A stretch of DNA of 64,000 nt from Lingula anatina (Eukaryota > Animalia > Brachiopoda), in NCBI GenBank assembly GCA_051362555.1, contig CM120641.1, positions 35,594,401 through 35,658,400 of the forward strand, given 5' to 3'. The notes beneath the pieces are model-generated. The model made no database searches. It was given only the letters and a program-made list of their open reading frames with translations, and was not told where the DNA came from. The position numbers and the translations under genes are program-made. Shown here in pieces: positions 1-13,400 of the stretch. Numbering within the stretch: the first letter of the stretch is position 1; every line of letters begins with the position of its first letter.

Positions 1-611
1 TTAATTTAGCAAATAGGAATAATAATAATAAATAAATAAACTAATTTTGTGCATGGGACATGAGGATTAAATGAAATATTCATAAAAAATTAACCGATTT
101 TGAACTTTTTATTTTTTGTTAATGGTAAACTAGTGTGGAATTTTTGCCAATGTGGTTTTCAGATTGATGAACCGAACAAAATGAGCTAGCTGTTCGAACC
201 TGTTCACATTGCTACTGAATGTTATAAGTGCAAGGAGATGTACCTCCTCAGTTACGTGCCGTTACTACTTAGTTACACCAGGGAATTATATCCGATATAA
301 TTCGCTGGTTATACTGTTATAATGTATACCCCCCCCCCCCCCTCCCCAAGTGTTAAAGGTCTCACATTGTCTCTTTTCCCTAGTAAGATCAGACAAGCTA
401 CATTACTATATTTGGTATCAATAATCATATTCCTAACGCAGAAGAATATGATGGCAACCTCTCTTCTATTAAAAACACAGCATCAAAATGACCCACCTAA
501 CAGGAAAAACAAACAGTGCAGTACAATCCTGTGTGAATGAAGTTTCACACAGACGGCCATAATTTCTTGACCTATATTTAGAAATGTAGGTTATCAGTTA
601 CCTTCACTGTG

Positions 612-720
612 ATTGGTCCGATGGATCTGTCGAGGACAAGCACCAATCAAAGTAGCCGAGACATTTTTATCAATTATTAATTTAGCTAGCACGTTTATTG
701 GATACCGGTGCATATACTAA
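612..720 (+). promoter_or_regulatory. Candidate ELOVL promoter: CCAAT boxes and a TATA-like element
   Basis: ATTGG 612-616, CCAAT 643-647, ATTGG 697-701 and CATATACTAA 711-720, all just upstream of the ATG at 777. Confidence 0.4.
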
Positions 721-776
721 AGGGGGAGGCAAGAAACTGGGACTCTGTTACAACGAGTAGACAGTCACCACCGAAA

Positions 777-1580
777 ATGACACTGAATTACTCTGTCGTG
801 TTCGAATTTGAACGTCAGTATGACGACCATACCTTTTGGGAATGGATGAAGGAGAACTGGACACTCTGTTATGTGTACTCAGCGGTGTACGTGGTGCTAA
901 TTTTCGGTGGAAAATGGGTGATGGCCCGTCGACCGCGCTATGACTTGCGACCCTACTTGGCTCTCTGGAGCGCAATGCTAGCCATATTTAGTATATGCGG
1001 CACTTTGAGAATGTGGACTGAGTTGATTTATTCCGTCACCAATTACAGTTTGCAATATGCCATGTGTGTGCCCAGCTATTACACAAGGGAAGTAGCAGGC
1101 TTCTGGTCCTTCTTGTTTGTTGTCTCCAAGGTGGTGGAACTAGGCGACACTGTGTTTATTGTGCTAAGGAAGACCCCCCTAATCTTCTTGCATTGGTACC
1201 ATCATATCACTGTCCTCATCTACGTGTGGGCAACTTACACTGAGCATGCTGCTTCTGGAAGAATGTTCTGTACCATGAATTACACAGTTCACTCCTTCAT
1301 GTACACCTACTATGCTCTGCGTGCCTTGCGCTACAACATTCCAAAGTGGGTGAATATCATGATAACCTTGATGCAGTTACTGCAGATGGTGATTGGTGTT
1401 GTGATTAACATTTGGGTATACCAGATCAAGTCCCGCGGTGAACCATGTCAACAGAGCTGGGATAACTTGAAGTACGCATTTCTAATGTATTTCAGTTACT
1501 TTGTGCTCTTCGCAAACTTCTTTTACAATGCCTATCTGAAGAAGCCTTTGCATCACCATGAACAGAAGAAGCAGCATTGA
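777..1580 (+). CDS. ELOVL6: Very-long-chain fatty acid elongase, ELOVL3/6 family, intronless CDS, 267 aa
   Basis: ELO motifs SKVVELGDT, FLHWYHH (HxxHH), MNYTVHSFMYTYY and LQMVIG; several hydrophobic segments; C-terminal KKQH dilysine ER signal. The track ORF starts at a GTG (708); the first in-frame ATG is at 777 (aaaATGa). Confidence 0.95.
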   Translation: MTLNYSVVFEFERQYDDHTFWEWMKENWTLCYVYSAVYVVLIFGGKWVMARRPRYDLRPYLALWSAMLAIFSICGTLRMWTELIYSVTNYSLQYAMCVPSYYTREVAGFWSFLFVVSKVVELGDTVFIVLRKTPLIFLHWYHHITVLIYVWATYTEHAASGRMFCTMNYTVHSFMYTYYALRALRYNIPKWVNIMITLMQLLQMVIGVVINIWVYQIKSRGEPCQQSWDNLKYAFLMYFSYFVLFANFFYNAYLKKPLHHHEQKKQH

Positions 1581-2506
1581 GGACAGTGGAGGTTTAGAGC
1601 ACTAGGATTCTTGACTTCATCATATTATCTTTGCCACTGTTACTGAAGCTGTGATTAGATGGTCTGCAGAAGCCAATTATGTTTAGTTGAGATACATTGA
1701 CACAAGTGTAATCAGGGAGACCAATCATGACCTCTTTTCTTTTGCTAATATTGGTTTTCTGACCTTATTTGCAAAGAATACTATATAAACTCGCCATTCT
1801 TCACTTTCATTATGCAAATTCAATTGTTTTTTTTTTTTTTTTCACATACACTGATTAGTTGTATATGGCAATATTTTTTTTTGCTATGGCAAGTCAGCTA
1901 TTCAGCAAAAGCATATTTATAAAAAAAGGCCCAGTGGGGTCATTTAGTAAACACATTCCATCTTTCAGTCATTTGACTTCTTAATCCTTCATAGCAAAAG
2001 TTATTTGAAAAAAAAAAATGCTAATTACAACACTAAAATACTGAATGCCTGACCTGATGTAGCCCTATGACCTTAGGTATATCACTAAAGCCATTATAGT
2101 CTGTTTAGCACTAACATGTACTAGTACAATTTAGACATGCTCTAATTATTGTCCTGAGTATAAGAATGACATTAGTATGAATTAATGGTTAACAGTGACT
2201 TGTTTAAAATTCCTTTAGTTGGATTTTCTTTTGTTAAAATTAGGGTTTCTGTAAAAGAAGGGATTGGCAACCATGCTGTTATTGAAGGCAAGTTTGCATG
2301 TTCCATATAATTTTCCATCTAAGTTATTGAAATGTGGATAAATTTGACATTGCTGAATTTTTATTCAAATCTGTTTACATATATATGTCCTACCAACTTA
2401 GGGGTGTGTGTGAACAGGTGGGTGTAGTGGACCAGAGAATGTATAATAACATTAATCCTGTGTGGCCGAAGGCACCTAATATTGTTGTCAGCCTTGTGGC
2501 TTATTT

Positions 2507-2673
2507 CAGGGGCGGATTTAGGCCGTCTTCTGGGTCTTCCGGAAGACGGTCAGATTTTCAAGTTTACATTGACGGGTATCTATTTTTTCTGTCGGAAGAC
2601 GGTCAAAAATGGAGGTTGGATCAACAAAGATAATTTGGAAGACTGTCAGAAAATATCTCTGGATCCGCCCCTG
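2507..2673. mobile_element. 167-bp MITE with CAGGGGCGGAT termini and 5-bp TSD (hAT/hAT5-like)
   Basis: Starts CAGGGGCGGATTTAG and ends CTGGATCCGCCCCTG. TATTT is directly repeated on both sides (2502-2506, 2674-2678). Internal GGAAGAC(G/T)GTCA repeats. Confidence 0.85.
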
Positions 2674-2899
2674 TATTTACTGGCTATGGTCTTGTAGTTG
2701 TGGATATGAAGTCAGTGTGTTGATGCACACAGTTCTGATGGATCCTGACAATACCTACCTACCTACCTACTGTCAACCTCCCCTTTCTCTGCCATTCCAC
2801 TTAGCCTAGCACCTTCTGCTCAGATGCTAGTAGATACATATTATTCTTTGATAACCATACATGCTGCTGGGTTTTTAAATTAGAATTTTATTTATTTTG

Positions 2900-2901
<2 letters not shown>

Positions 2902-2948
<47 letters not shown>

Positions 2949-2966
2949 TTATTTATTTATTTATTT
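2902..2966. repeat. (TTA)n/(TTTA)n microsatellite
   Basis: Read directly. Confidence 0.9.
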
Positions 2967-5900
2967 TGGGAGGGGGGTTATGTTACCGGAAAGGCTCCAT
3001 TATATTCACTTATTTATGAATGTAAAGATCAATAGCAAGTGCAATTGATCTAATTTGGTGAAATTAAGTCCTGGAATCCTGTGTATACTAGTAGATTAAT
3101 ACAAAGCAGGTTAAGCTGGTTTACTTAACATTGCTCAACAAATAGTTATTCTGTAATTTATGGTTCTTGGCAATGGAAATAATATAATATATTATTGTTA
3201 TTAAAGCTAGATGTGCAATGTATGAACCTTTATGTATGAACCTTTAACTATGCCTTTATATTCGTACAGATTGCAAATTTCTACCTTTTCAAGGATCTTC
3301 CTTATTTTGGAATTATACCAACTTAATAGATGTAGCACAGCTGTATGTGGTCAAACTGTGTTTATGTTTTTGGTTATTTTAAACCACACAGATGCCTGAT
3401 TTTTTTAGCCCAAAAATTTTCAACTGAATTATCTAAACATGTAATTTCTGGAAGTTAAGAATCCCAATGGGATGTTTCAGGCAAATAATGCAGCAGCTGC
3501 TCCCAGAGCATTGATTTTTAAAAACTCCATCTGCAACACAGTCTCTGAAGTTATTGGTTATGCATGTGTATTGATTATATCAGAGGATGGGTAGATGGGT
3601 CTCACTACCAATTAGTGTATATTTACTTATGCATATTACCCCCAGTGGTGTATAATTCGCCTATTAGTTCCCCAAGTCTGTCCCAATTAAGATATATACC
3701 GGTACCTTAAGTCATACTTAAAATCAGTAGTCATAAGTGTAAAGCAGTTTTACAGAGGTCTGGTTAAAATTGCATTACAGGCAGCAATTATTTATCCTTT
3801 TAAAACTAATTTTACCTGTCAGTGAATTGCTATTTTGTCTTTGAGTTTAAAAATAATTGTCTCTGGGGTGATCCCTTTCATATTTTTATTACAGTGGACA
3901 TTTCATCTCTGATGGCATTTCTGGTTGTGCAAAGCTTCTCCCATTCTATAATCAAATTGGCTTCAGTTTTAAAGGTAGTATGAGGTTATAAACAGCATTC
4001 AGTGCTTTGTGTATTTTTTAAACTTTTTGACAGATCGATACATTGCATTTGAGATTTTCTACTTTACTGATACAGACCCCACTTCAACAGATATCTATAG
4101 TGTTGGCCATTGGGTGTCTGAAAACCTGCTTTTGTTCTGTTTCTCCTGAGGAACCACCAAATTCTAGGTTTTGAAGCAGTGCCATTATGCTCCAAAATCC
4201 CTGTGTAGATTTTTTGGGATGGATCCTGCACCTTTTACATGGTTTAAAAGTTTTCAGGATTATGTTTGATTTCAGGATTTTCAGTCTTCATTATGATGTT
4301 TATTTATTTATTTATTTATTTTTATTTTGTCATATGGCCTACATGCGCTGCAAAATTGCAAGCTACCCTTTCAGGATTTTCAGTTTCGACAACTGTCTTT
4401 CATGCTTTTATTGTTAACATATGAATATTCTATAACTGGAACAACTGCTGTTTAATTTGGACTTAATGGGTTGCCCAAGGTCAAAGATCTACCTCCTACT
4501 TGATTTGTTGGTGCAGGGGAAGTGTGCAAAACTGATGACACAATATGGGTTCAGAAGGGCTGTGGGCATTAGATAGTGACAAAAGTCTACTATAGCCCAC
4601 CTTTAGAATGTACAACTATAATTGATAAGATCAGAAGCTTTACTTTAGGACCTCAGGTGATTTTTGCACTAAATGCGTGCTGATGTACTTAAATAGATAA
4701 GTGTTCTTGTCTGTTTGCAGTTTATCTGAATGTGAAGGTAATGTCTATAAATGGTAGCAGGCCATATTTCAAATAACTCTTTCAGAAAAATGGCCTAAGT
4801 CCATTAATGTCCATCTTTCATGATTACTTAATGTTATTAGATAGTCTTTTAAGTTACTTTAAATTTGAAATGACACTGGTTTGTTGGAGGTTAACTTTGT
4901 TTAAACCTTATGCTGTAATATTGGCCCAACTTTTAATTTTGCACCAATCTTCATTTCAAGTCACACAAGCCCCTTTCTGTAATTGGTGTTTACTTGCTTC
5001 ATTGATTACTAGATGACGGCTTTTTCATCAGTATCAAGAGGTTGTCTGCTCAGTTGAGAAATAAATTATTTGTTTTTTTATTGCTGGCTTTGGTTGCCAC
5101 TGCATATCTATCAATAGGCCTCCAATCCATTCCAAGCTTATGACTGCTGTTTAAGTGCTGGTCTCTCAAATCTGCAGCGTGGGGCTTTTCTTAATTTGTT
5201 AATATTACGGTAGTAACACATGTCACAGTGACATTTTATTCTTTTAGTAACAAGGCAGCTGTTGAAATTTATTGCTATCAGCAGCACGTTATATAAGTTG
5301 CTTTGTTGACCTGAAGTTACCATCTCCCACCATCATGTGCATTGACATTACCTTTAAGTTGTTATTTATAAATGGGCCTCGTGTTAAATAAAAAACAGCT
5401 ATGTGTCGCCTATGTAAATCGTTTAATAGTATTTGGAAAGATATTTGAAAACATTGATTGCTTGTGCAGTTCAAATCAATATAATCATGTGGAAAATCTG
5501 CTTCGTACTAAAATAGCATATATGCACTATTTAAAAGCTCAGAGATTATGTCATTATTTCTTAGTAAATTGAGTGTTTTGATCTGGATTGGATTAATGAA
5601 TCCCTTGGTTTAAAAGAAAGCTTTGTGTAAACTGGCAATGTAGCTTCATGTTTCCATGTTACAATTGAATATTGGAGGTTTGCTCTCAACCAGGTAAAAC
5701 AACTTCAAGAGCAGTGCAATGATTTTCAGTTAGTCAAAACTTCAAGAAGTTCGAAATGTGGATAATGAGATGCTTTTTGGCATGAAATTTGTCAGTTCAT
5801 GTTAGGTGTAACCTTATAAACAGTATAATATAATAAGAGAAATGATGGTATGTCAGTGAAAAAAATATAAAATGATGAACTGTGTTTAATGAGACACAGA

Positions 5901-6531
5901 GTTTGTTAAACATGATTATCATGAGTGTGACACTTAATTAATGAATTGCTATGTAACAACCACATCATTCAAGTTGTGGCATTGCCAGACTATTGACTAG
6001 AGGCATCTTTAACACAAATGCAGTATGTATTGGATCTTTTACATATCCAAGAGGATTAATATTGTGTTTTTGTTCAAGTTAAAAGTTTGAGTTTTACATA
6101 GACGTGCAATCTTTTGATCTATTCACATTCTGAGTCTATCACTTTGCCTTGGAAATGACTAGGCACACAGCTACACACACACATGAACACACATAACTGG
6201 AGAAATGTGCTTTTCATGAAAATGATGTGTAGAATAGTCAATACTATGTGATGCCATTTACTATATTATAATCAGTGTGCATTGTAGTCTGTGCCATTTT
6301 GTGTTAAGAACTAGTTTTCATTTGTTTTGAATTTTGGAAAATTTATGCCTTTTTGGCAAATATTATAAAGGGAACCAAATGGCTGATGATAATAACCATT
6401 TCACACCAATTCATTTTATTAAATATGTTGAAATAAAATAGAGATAAGAATTGTTGTTTTCTGTGCAATTTATGTGATTTGTTGCATTTCATAATTCTTA
6501 GTTGGTGGGTTTTCCTCTCTGATGTAATTTC

Positions 6532-7180
6532 TGTGACCAAAGTTGCCTTCAGGGTTATGAGGGTCCAAGCTTAGGGCCACTGTCAGGGTTAGCCAAAAAC
6601 TTATAATTTACTGCCTTACATACAATTTCTTGGATAATAGATAAATCTTCAGTGCTCCCTGCGACTTACTTTCTTAGCATTTACACAAATGACATCATAC
6701 CAACGACTTTATTTTGGGGTAAAAATTTAAAAATCTGTTTCTCCAATTTCTGCTTTACCTGATCACCTTCAAATGCTGTTCCAATACCAATTAAATGACA
6801 GCAGTTAATACTTCAAAACCCTGCCAGTGATTTTTTCTTAAATGCCTTAGTTCAGATTTTATCATTCATGTGACCCACAGGTTGCCTCCAGGGTTACGAG
6901 GTTGCAAATTTAGGGGCACTGTCAGGATTAGCCAAAAACTTTTTATTCATTATTACTGCCTACAGACAATTTCTTGGATAATAGATAAATCTTCAGTGCT
7001 TCCCAACTTCCTTAGCATTTACACAAATGACATCATACTGATGACTTTATTTTTGGGTAAAAATTAAAGAATCTGTTTCTCATATTTCCCGGTTACCTGA
7101 GCCAATTTAATGACGGCAGTTAGTACTCAAAACCCTGCCAGTGACTTTTTTTAATGCCTAAGTTTAGATTTTATCATTTA
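6532..7180. repeat. Diverged tandem duplication, two copies of about 310-340 bp
   Basis: About 6532-6868 and 6869-7180 share blocks such as TTTCTTGGATAATAGATAAATCTTCAGTGCT, CTTAGCATTTACACAAATGACATCATAC and CAAAACCCTGCCAGTGA. Confidence 0.9.
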
Positions 7181-7298
7181 TCAAGCAAATAGTGCCTTTG
7201 CTTAATGAAAATATGTAATAAGAAGCCCAAATCTCCATAACAAAAACTTTAAACCAAAGTGATGGCACAGGATTGAAGCCCATACATTAGCCATCCCC

Positions 7299-7538
7299 TG
7301 TATCAATTTTCATAATAAGATCTTGTTCAGGGGTGGAGTTGTGCCCCATGCCATCTCACCTCAAAAGAGAAAGGTGTTGAATTGGTGATAAACGCTATGA
7401 GGTGCCTATGCTTAGCAATGTATCAATTTTCATAATAAGATCTTGTTCAGGGGTGGAGTTGTGCCCCATGCCATCTCACCTCAAAAGAGAAAGGTGTTGA
7501 ATTGGTGATAAACGCTATGAGGTGCCTATGCTTAGCAA
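7299..7538. repeat. Perfect 120-bp tandem duplication
   Basis: 7299-7418 is identical to 7419-7538. Confidence 0.95.
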
Positions 7539-8831
7539 CGAGAAATATAAATGCCTTTATATTTCTAAGGGGCTTTATTTATTGTTTTAAATCAGGAAAA
7601 AAAGGTAGATGCATTATTGAATAATAAGATTTGTGAAAAGAAATCATTTTCAGTGTTTTGATGATAATAAACCCTGGTGTAAGTACACTTTCAAGGACAG
7701 ATTAATCACTCTAACATCCAAGTGTCCAATTGTTCTAACCTCATCTCTCAAGACTGCGTATACAGTATATCAAACTGCAGATTGTACAACTGAGTGACCT
7801 TTTTCATTTAACCAGAGTTTAAATGATCCCCACTTTCAAGGCTGGCCCCATCTCTCTACCGACCTGCACAACCTTACTATGTCTTATATCCCAGACTTTA
7901 TCACAAATGACAACCATTTTGACAGGAGGACAGATATGAAAACCACATTTTGGACAGAGTAAGCACTTTCAAGTAGGACAAATTCTTATTTAGGGTGCAT
8001 TCACTATGAAACTATCATACTATGTAGTTCAAAGTAACTCTGAGGGGACTCTCGCTGAATGCAGATTAACACGTCTGGCATTGAGTAGAATACAGAAAAA
8101 CTGGTGATTATGCCAGTATGTTAGAAATGAGACGGCACGTTTATTTGTTCATCTTGTGCTCTTGATGCCATTGCTCTGTGATTATTGATTTCAAATTGGC
8201 TGTAATGCCCACAAATTAAAGCTTAGTTATTAAGGATTATTTACTGTTATATACAGTACATACAGAGTACATAATTAAAAAAATTGCATATGTATTTTCT
8301 TAGTGCATTTATACATGCAATTTGTACATGGATGAAAAAGCAGCACCAGCCCTAAGCCAATGGTGTCACAAGTAAAGGCATCAGCATGACATATTCTAAT
8401 TACTTTTAAGGGCCTGTACAATATGTTGATGAAAAATTATCGAAATACATGTGTTGGACAGAAGTAAATTGCTTCAAAATAATCAGTTTATGATTATTTC
8501 AAGTTTACTTTTTAAAGTGATGTCAAACAAGTAAGAGAGGTACCCAGGGGCAATTTCCCCATTGAGGTGAAAGTGGATAGTCTGTAGTCTACTTTCAGGA
8601 CATAGCAATATCAATATGACAGGTTATGACAGGTAAACTGAAACAGGAATTATTTTGCAGAAAAAAAAAAAAACTTACTCCATTGAAATTGCATACACAT
8701 ATTGTTGATGTCATGATTAGATGGAACTATCTCCAGTTGATAATTGGTATATTAAAAAATTAGAATAAGGCAGCAACGCTGTCAAATGTACAGACAAAAA
8801 GTAAGAAACAAAGAACAAAGATGCAAAAAAT

Positions 8832-9143
8832 AGGTTATTTTGTCAATTTTGATGCAATATTTCATATTGCTTGACAACAAAATCAACACCAATTTTAAAT
8901 AATGCACAACAGGTAACATGGATATTGAGAATATGTAACTTGCATAAGGCTTCAGGCCCATGAGAGATCAAGTTCAGACTTTCAAAATGCCAGAAAGAGA
9001 AAAATGAAAATTTCCCCAAAATTTCCGTAGATCTAAGAAATAATGATGCACAAAACAGGTTATTTTGTCAATAATGATGCAATAATGATGCATTGTGCTT
9101 AACAGCAAAATCAGCACCAACTTTTAATTTAGCACAACAGGTA
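8832..9143. repeat. Degenerate ~85-bp direct repeat, possibly inside a decayed Helentron/HINE-type element
   Basis: AGGTTATTTTGTCAAT...AAAATCA(A/G)CACCAA...GCACAACAGGTA at about 8832-8914 and 9057-9143. Element class is inference only. Confidence 0.5.
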
Positions 9144-10417
9144 TGTATCATGTTGTCACTGAAAGTGCACAGCGATGATGACAACGGCAATGACAGATGG
9201 TGATGGCTATATGTAGTCTTTACATAAAAAGACACAACACAAAGGAAGTTTGACATTTTCTGACCAGTAATGTTACATACCTTTATTAAAACCATTATTT
9301 GATGACATCATTTGTCCCAACCGAGTCATCATCAATATCAAACATACAAAAAAGTTCAAAAGCTCCATATTCAAACCACGTAAAATTCAATTCTACCTAT
9401 CAGTAATACTAATTAATAAATTCCACCCTCACAACCCCTCACAAATGCTAATGATAAAAAATACCATTTCATTCCAATGGCTCAATTTTAGATGTCGCAG
9501 TCTATTGTAAACTGGATTTGTTCTTATAAAGTTTGTAGTGCTCACCTTATACTTTGTAACAGTAAGAACTTTTCAATTGCAACTAAAAAAGCTAAAAAAG
9601 CTGGAGCTACCTTGGGAGCTTGATATCCCCCTCCCACACCAATGAATTCCCAATGATGGGCACGCTGGGCACATGATGTGTCAACTTATACAATCTGTCA
9701 GCAGTGGAATTGTCCAGACCCACAAGTAAGGTCAACTACCAGTAACATTTGTAAATGCTGTACCGTAGTATATAAACAACTACGTTTATTCCTCTTCTGA
9801 AAATACTGTGTACTGTGGATACAACAGAATACTGCACATTGTGAACACTGTAAAATATCTTGAATACTAGTAAAATATATAGTGCACTGAATTTATAACA
9901 GTGGATATTCAATAAGTGAAAGTTATAAGCTTTCTCTTGGGCTGACTAACTATCACTGATTATCATACACTCAACTGACTACACTTACGCCCCAACAGCT
10001 GTTCGCATGACTCTGGTCACTCACATGAGAACTACTCAATGAATGCAGTACCAGCAGTCATTTATTTCTAATGATTTAAAAATAGAACAGGAATGTTTTA
10101 AGTAACTTCAATTGTTTATCTTTTTTAACCATCCCTTTATATGCTATTATCTTTAAAATACACAAAAAAAGCATTGCTGGGCAGACTAAACATTTTTTTC
10201 TGTGCGATTTTAAGGTCTCCCTGGTGGAAGAACAACTTATAATAGTGCCACAAATAACACAGTATCTAGCATATCTTTCCTTCCCAACAACGATAGGGAT
10301 GCAGTCACTGCACATGCACAGACATTCAAAGTGCCAGTGATGACTGAAACTCATCTCCCCATTTAGTAAAGAATGGCTGGTTGTTGGGGAACTGTCTCAA
10401 GCACAGCAATGCCCTTG

Positions 10418-13400
10418 CTAACATCTTCTTAAACACCTACATATACAAACCAATGTCCAAAACACCAGCAACACATTTATTATCACAAGATATCCTTTGA
10501 GCTGGATGAGCCTGCTTGGAAGCCACAGAGTTGTGTAAAAAGCTTTTCCTGGGCGTTCTGGAAAGAAAGGTGGTGGGTAAAATAAGAAACAAGTATGTCC
10601 TACATAAAATTCGTAGGATAAAGAAAAATATCCAGCAAAAGAACAAAATTTTGGACTTCAATCATCCATCATCCATAAATGGACTCTCTTTTGTATGATC
10701 TTAATTTTAGTCAACTATCTTACTTAAAATGTCTTAAAACAGTTTCGATCCCAATTGCAGTCAATTCTATAAATATTTACATACTAGTAAGCATCATTAT
10801 CTCCACCAAGAATTCTGCACAATTACTTGTACCTGAACTAGTCATGAAAAGGTCATATGATCAATCCTGTTTAATTTATTTAACAGCCATAGAAAAGCAT
10901 CATAAAATAAGGCACTCACCAAGCACTAATACACCATACCCCATATCTGGGACCCCCATTCTATAGCTACATGAAGGAACAACAATCTCATACAGTATAT
11001 CCTCCTTCAAATCAAGTGTCACAAAGTCTGTAAAATGATCAATATCCTGAGATCTCCAGTTATTTGATGGAATCTTTTGACAGTTGTCACAAATATAAAG
11101 TTTTAGCTGAAATGAGAAAAAGCAAGTATTATAGTTTTATATTTATATATATTTACATATATTTATATTTATCAAAAAAATATATATATATTTGAAATGC
11201 AGACAAACTAAAACAGTCTTTAATTATTTGGTCAAATACAAATGAAAAATAACTTAATCTTGAAACTTTTTCTTAATCTTCATTAAGGTATTTCTTACTC
11301 CTACTGTTTCTTTATAGTGTTAAATAATTTAGTTACTACCTATTTTTAGGAAAAATCACCATATTTAGAATATTACTGTATACACATTATGTGGAAGAAC
11401 AGTGATCTGATTGAGATAGAACAGAAGGCATACTGATACAGTCACTTCTCACCTTATGTGTGTCCCCTGACAGAATCAAGTCAGGCTTCAAAAGAGATAT
11501 TGCCTGAAAAGCAAACATTATTGATATATTAAAATAACCAAACAAGCAAAAGTAAGTTGTCTTACATTTCTATCAGGCCTACCCAACTTCCAGACTCGGC
11601 ACTGAATGATCCTGAATTCACCGGTAGATCAGACCACACTACACGTTTTCAAGGTGTGTGTCAGTACGCATTTCACAGTATCATACCCTGGAACAAATTT
11701 TGAGATGAGATGCACTACTTTCCAACCCTGCTCAGAATCATTGCTATCACATCACATACTAGGCAAGAGAGGTGTCGTGTCTTTCAAAGCACGTACTGAC
11801 ACACACCTTGAAAATGGGTAGTGTGGTCTGATCTACCCTTGAATTCAGTATCATTCTGTGCCGAGTCTGGTAGTTGGGTAGGCCTGTCTATATTCTATAC
11901 CATTTCCCCCAATTCAAAGACAGTTCTGTTCTATAATCACAGTCTGGTGTGCTTTGAAAGATTGAAAGTTTAATGCCTTGCTCTCACATATAAAGAGCGT
12001 TACCTGAGTGGCCAATCAATTAAATTACCTAAACAGCAGACTATTGATCTTGTGGAGAATTTGTGAAAGTGAGTCAAGTCCCCATAGCATAAAAACAAAG
12101 TAACTCCTCTCAAAGTACTAGTATAACGCTAGATGTAAAAAAGAACTTGCATGCAATGAACATGGTATAACAGAATGTAAAAGCTCACCGACTGAGTGTT
12201 ACTTGATATAACATTCTGATGATTAGCAACCACAGTCAAGACATGGTCACTAGGGTCTAGCTGGCCAAGTAACTTTTTAAATTCTTTCGCCTTCTCTCCA
12301 CTTAGAGTGTCACCTGAATAATATGCTGGCTAAAAATGAAATAAAAAATATGTCAGTATACAATACAAACTCATCAAATTTGACTATATATAACAACATA
12401 CTATAAATGTGCATCTAAAATCCCTTCTGAAAAGAAACAATACAGCAACAATATGCAACATCCTAAATGCAAAGTATATCCAATGAGCTATGAAACTCAC
12501 AGGTATGTCTAAGTGTATTAAATTTGTCAAAACTGTTTTAAGTTTAAGAGGATTTTAAAGGTAGTTTTACAATGAAATTATTGTATTAGTTAGAGACATT
12601 CATAGGGACTCTCACTGAATGCAATCAGATAAACTGAATGACACACCTCCCCAAGCAGCTAGGGGGTGACTTACTTTTGTGTGCAGTCAGTGACACTCGA
12701 AACCAGGACTTATAAACAGATTAGGCGTTTACTAATACCCACAGATCTTTTAGCATTAAACCAAGAATTAACCAACACACCATAAAATTATTTAGCACCA
12801 ACAAAGCACTAACATTCATCCGCTCTGGAAGTGCTTGTTAATTTGTGGGTTATGTGTGTGTGCTAAAAAATCTGCAGGTAATGTAAGTAAATGCCTAATC
12901 CATTTATAAGGCCTGAAAACGAAGTGAAGAAGCCTCCAGAAGTTGAGCACACACACAAAAGTTATCATCTTCAAGCTGTTCAAGGATGTGTGTCATTTAT
13001 TTAGTCTGATTGCATTCAGCAAGAGTCCCTCAGAGTTGGATGGCTCTCAGTGATTTTTATGATAGTTTGTAAATGCACCTAACTGATGGTTTAAACTGTG
13101 GCAGTGTGCACAGTTGGGTGCAGTTGTGATAACTAAAAACACTTCAACCATCAGACAAAGCTCAAGCTACTTACTTTAACAACTTGTACAAATTTGATCC
13201 TGTGAACATCACTGGTTTTTCCAAAGAACTCTTCGAAGCGTTCTATTTTCCATGGAAGTTTAGCATCAAATTCTCCACCAATATCATTATCACCAGCGAC
13301 TGGGATCATCTGAAATTTGTATTAAATAATAGAAAGAAAATCTGATTATGACAACAACCAACGGCACTCAAATCTAAAATTCAAAAAGCAAAATAGCAAA

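Noticed and set aside
708-776. GTG-initiated N-terminal extension of ELOVL
   Set aside because: Eukaryotic locus. The region overlaps promoter-like motifs and the ATG at 777 gives a normal-length protein.
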